A stretch of 54,358 bases of DNA, counting the filler, from Diploschistes diacapsis (Eukaryota), in the NCBI GenBank assembly GCA_023645945.1. It is 4 parts of 4 records of this genome, joined end to end, with 100 filler letters (N's around TTAATTAATTAA, not from the genome) between each part and the next. Parts side by side here need not be neighbours in the genome. Positions count along the whole stretch, not along the records: positions 40,863 to 54,358 come from JALAIB010000655.1; 3 more parts are not named here. The stretch is one strand, 5' to 3'. Of this stretch, positions 50,506 through 54,358 are shown in pieces; position 1 is the stretch's first letter, and every line of letters begins with the position of its first letter. The notes under the pieces were generated by a model. That model was not told where the DNA came from, did not search any database, and worked only from the letters and a program-made list of their open reading frames with translations. The position numbers were made by a program, and so were the translations under genes.

Positions 50506-50923
50506 ATTGGCTGGTTGGGATTGATGAAGTGGCCGAGGGAATCGCTATTAGATGCTACCCTCACACAGCTGAATGACTCTGATATTTGTGGCAGTGGAAA
50601 CTCTCACAGACGTGTGGTGCAATTGCAGAGCGATTAAGAACCTTGCGCTATTACTTTTTGACAATTGAATTTGAGCACGGGAAAGAAACAGAATGTGTTA
50701 GCTACATAGCATCGGGAAAGGCCCGGGCTCGGAAGACATAACATGTGGCGCGCCATGTGGCTTCCAGGTAATTTTTCTAGAGCCTCGATAGGTAGGCAGC
50801 CCGTTGATATATCCGTGGTTTAGTCGTCAACGCTCGCCCTTTGCAATAGTCCTTGTACCGGCTCATGGAAATGCCCATCTCTCACACGCTTAATTTCGTC
50901 CTGAAAGATTTGTCCCTTGGAGC

Positions 50924-52788
50924 ATGATAAACGTATTTTCTCTACGAGGGGCTCAAGCTGTCTCCTGGACTTGCCAAAGGTGCCTCTTCAAGCAACAACT
51001 CTACCGTGCCAGATTTCAAAGATTCTCTTCACAGGCTTCAAGACCCCTAAAGAATGGAATGCGACGCAAAAGAAATATCACTATTGCAGCCACGGGGACA
51101 GTCGCTAGCGCGGCTCTGTTTTTAGGTGTCGATGGTCGATATTACTATGAAGCTGCGGAGCGATCAGGCAGAGTTGTCGCAACCCTTTATGCCTGTATAA
51201 ATGAGTGGGTTATTCTTCTCCACTTCGGTTGTCTCTATGATTGACTAGTGGTTTAGTTACAAAGTTACGCTCAAAGACCCTCCCAAGAGCGAAGAAGAGG
51301 CCAACTCGCTATTGAAAGCATGTCACAAAAGATGCGCAATAAGGACGCTCAAGACGCTGGAGAAGAATGGCTCGATATTCATCAAGCTAGGCCAACATCT
51401 CAGCAGTGGGTGGAACTAAGACGTCTGGTTGGTCAAAGAGCTTAAACGTATCTAGGTATGGGCTATCTTTTGCCTCTAGAATGGGTGGAGACGTTCGTGC
51501 CTTTGCAGGACAAATGCCCTGTATCTTCGTTCGAATCGATTGAAGATATGTTCCTGAAAGATACCGGTACTCCACTTTCGGATCTGTTCGAAACATTCGA
51601 TAGGGACCCCATAGGATCCGCCTCGCTCGCCCAAGTACACAGAGCTACCTTGAAAGATACTCATAAGCCGGTCGCTGTGAAGGTGCAGCATCCGAGTTTA
51701 GACGAGTGGGTCCCGCTTGATATGGCCTTAACAAAGTTCAGCTTCGCAACTCTCAAAAGGTTTTTCCCAGAGTATGACTTGGAATGGCTGTCGGATGAGA
51801 TGCAAAAATCCCTCCCCCAAGAGTTGAATTTTGCCCTAGAGGGTTCAAACGCTCAGCGAGCTCGTCAATACTTCAGCGCAATTCCTAGAATACCCTTGCT
51901 TATCCCAGAGGTTATGATGGGCAAAAGACGCGTACTTGTGATGGAGTATGTCGCTGGGAGACGCCTAGACGACCTCAAGTATCTAGACGAAAATGGTATT
52001 GATAGAGACGAAGTATCAGCAATGTTGGCTCATATCTTCAATGAGATGATATTCGGTGACGGAGCACCCCTCCATTGCGATCCACACGGCGGCAATATTG
52101 CGATTCGGAAGAGCGACGGAAAACGAGGGTACAATTTTGATCTTATCCTTTATGATCACGGGTTATACAGGGACATACCTAAGCAACTTCGAAGAGATTA
52201 TGCCAAGCTTTGGCTGGCCGTTATAGATGCCGATGAAAAGAATATGCGAAAGTACGCGAAGTCCGTTGCAAATATTACAGACGAGCAGTTCCCTCTGTTT
52301 GCCAGCGCAATCACGGGACGTGACTATGTAACTGCTACTACCTCGATAACGTCGACACGAACCTCGGCCGAGAAGGAGCAGATAAGCAGTGCTCTAGGCG
52401 AGGGACTCATAGAACAACTCATTCGACTTCTGGGCCAGGTTCCGCGCGTTATTCTTCTAATCCTCAAGACCAATGATCTGAGTATGTTGTCCAATGCAAA
52501 CCAAAAAGACAGAGCTGACGACCAACAGCCCGCTCCCTCGACGAGGGTCTACAGACACGGCAGGGACCTGCTCGGACATTTTTGATCTTAGCTCAGTACT
52601 GCAGTCGCACGGTTTTCCGAGAGCAAATGGAAACCATCCGTGAACATGGCAGTATCCTACGGCCACGCAACTTTGCTCGCTTCGTGAGGGCGTGGGCTGC
52701 GTACATGCATATAGAGCTGAAGCTGTCGGCGTATGAGTTTTACCTGTCTTGTAGAAGAGCACTTGGTCTGCCGGCAGTCGCCATGTGA
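50924..52788 (+). CDS. ABC1/UbiB-family atypical kinase, ADCK1/Mcp2-like, probably mitochondrial
   Basis: Basic presequence-like N-terminus, NGSIFIKLGQHL (KxGQ), ASLAQVH, VAVKVQHP, ELNF..EG.N, HCDPHGGN, LYDHGLY. Four exons. Confidence 0.93.
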
Positions 52789-53190
52789 GGCCGAGAGATA
52801 CATCGTAACTGCTTGTAGCTCAGCTCTTGCTTGTGGTTGACTTGTACCAAAGTTCCAAGCCAGTACTTGCGGCAATGAACAAACGGTGTTCTGTTCTGTT
52901 CGTACCTTATCCACACATATGTGATCTGACGACGCTACCCTTCGTGAATTTCCTTGGTCACGGATGCAACCTCAGCCACTACTAGTACTTTATAGCACTA
53001 GCCACTGACACTAGCCGCAAATGAGCAATGATGTCACCCTTGGCGACCACGGCAAGTCAAAACATTCCACTGTCCCTTCGACCTCTCTCTCATCATCATT
53101 CCACCACCACTCTATTCTTGCACGAAAAAAAAACCCTTCATTACTGAACCTCGACTTGCCTACCAAAACACATCAAACTCACTTTGCACC

Positions 53191-53839
53191 ATGGCAACTC
53201 TTCAATGTAAGTCTTCTTTTCCTATCAACCTCTTTACGCCAAGCTCTCGAGATGAGTACGTCATTCGCGTACAACGTGACGAATTTGCTCAAGTCCAACG
53301 ATACCGCTTGATTCTGCCTTAACATAGCGGCTGATCATCGATATAGACCTCCCTTCCGTCAAGCCATCGGCTATTGCCCTTGGTACGGCCTTCAACAGCC
53401 TCGTTGCTGGCGCCGTGCTGGCACCTGTTTTTGGTGATACCTACCAGCGCGCCCAGGCCGCAAACACCAAGGAAGAGTTTTTCAAAAGCCGAGAAGCCTC
53501 GACTGCTGCTGCATCCACTGGCTCTGCCATCGTTGGCAGCGCTATCCAGACCTATGGTGTTGGTGCTCTGATCAACGCTACTGGCACCATGAGCTACAAG
53601 GGCGCTGCTTATCTCGGTTCTTTGATCTTCTTTGCCACCTCGGCCCCTTCGGTATGTCTCACCTATAGCATCTCAATGATTTCAGCATACTAACATCCTG
53701 GAAGTTCATTTCGCAAATTGTCCTCGAGAAGCGTCCTCTTGACACTGTGGCTGTCGGTGCCGTGGCTCGCGTCCTGGAAACCGTTGGCCTAAGCTGCTTC
53801 CTTACCTGGTGGGGCACCAGGACCAACCCCTTCGACTAA
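53191..53839 (+). CDS. DUF1761-like small multi-pass membrane protein
   Basis: Three exons: MATLQ / LPSVKPSAIALGTAF...QTYGVGALINATGTMSYKGAAYLGSLIFFATSAPS / FISQIVLEKRPLDTVAVGAVARVLETVGLSCFLTWWGTRTNPFD*. Confidence 0.78.
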
Positions 53840-54205
53840 AAATGGCTTCAGTGGTCATGAAGCTCCAGAGGTTTGGGAGTCTGTTTAAGTGCTGAGACGC
53901 GTATCGAGTGGTTGTACTAAAGTCCAATCTCCTTTCTAGGATCATGCAGTTTAGTGACGAGCGAATCGGCTTAGATTGCAGCAATGTAATATACCAAAAC
54001 CTTGATGAGCATGATCTGCTCCTCAGATCTGTTTCGTGCCATATTGTGAAGCCATTGGTTATGATGCAAAGAAGGCTGCGTATAATTTCATGATTCATGT
54101 CACTTGTAGCAATTACATTGAAAGGTTCGCAAGAAGAAACCCATGCGCCACCTTCAAAGTTCATCATTAGACATTCTTCATCTCGCCACCTTCGAATCCA
54201 ATGCC

Positions 54206-54270
54206 TCCCATCCAAGTATCCCATCCAAGTATCCCATCCAAGTATCCCATCCAAGTATCCCATCCAAGTT
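54206..54270. repeat. 13-bp minisatellite TCCCATCCAAGTA x5
   Basis: Four perfect copies plus one with a last-base change. Confidence 0.95.
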
Positions 54271-54358
54271 TCCCCATCGTTCTTTCAACCTCTTCCATCA
54301 TGTCTCCCTCAACGTCTTCTCATTCCTCCACCCCTGATCCCCCTCCCACCCCCAATCC

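Noticed and set aside
859..53839. Programmed stop-codon readthrough or cryptic peroxisomal isoforms
   Set aside because: None of the stop codons inspected had the TGA-CTA context.
53802..54263. 153-aa minus-strand ORF with MGYLDG repeats
   Set aside because: Its starts come from the 13-bp minisatellite, it overlaps the 3' end of a real gene, and it lacks protein-like features.

Overview
Fungal (Pezizomycotina-type ascomycete) nuclear DNA with short GT-AG introns and CTRAY branch points. It is not one locus. Four contigs of decreasing length (13529, 13517, 13516, 13496 bp) are joined by identical 100-bp artificial spacers (44 N + TTAATTAATTAA + 44 N), so neighbourhoods across spacers carry no meaning. 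Contig 1: NNR2 (partial), DAP2/dapB, RPB7, Mpo1/DUF962, borealin, RPN10, RPB4 and a partial Tm-1-like TIM-barrel gene. Contig 2: Rad60/Esc2-like SUMO-like-domain protein, LSM6, a SAM methyltransferase with an 11-nt microexon, a 3-exon orphan membrane protein with 11-aa repeats, a NAT9-like GNAT fragment, RPL38, a small Ish1-like protein, POL31 and an M16 metallopeptidase. Contig 3: myosin II (3'-partial), a Red1/zf-C3H1 protein and the left end of a RIP-degraded Tc1-like transposon. Contig 4: a Zn2Cys6 factor, an NDT1-like mitochondrial carrier, QCR7, MAG1, a small TM protein, an ABC1/ADCK kinase and a DUF1761-like protein. The content is mostly housekeeping and I cannot demonstrate a new biological system. 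The best leads are the tight linkage of RPB7 and RPB4 (plus an N-terminally extended Rpb4), the orphan repeat-membrane gene next to a GNAT fragment, the CpG-sparing mutation pattern in the Tc1 relic, and the function-unknown TIM-barrel gene. All identifications come from motif recognition and hand splicing; no database searches were run.
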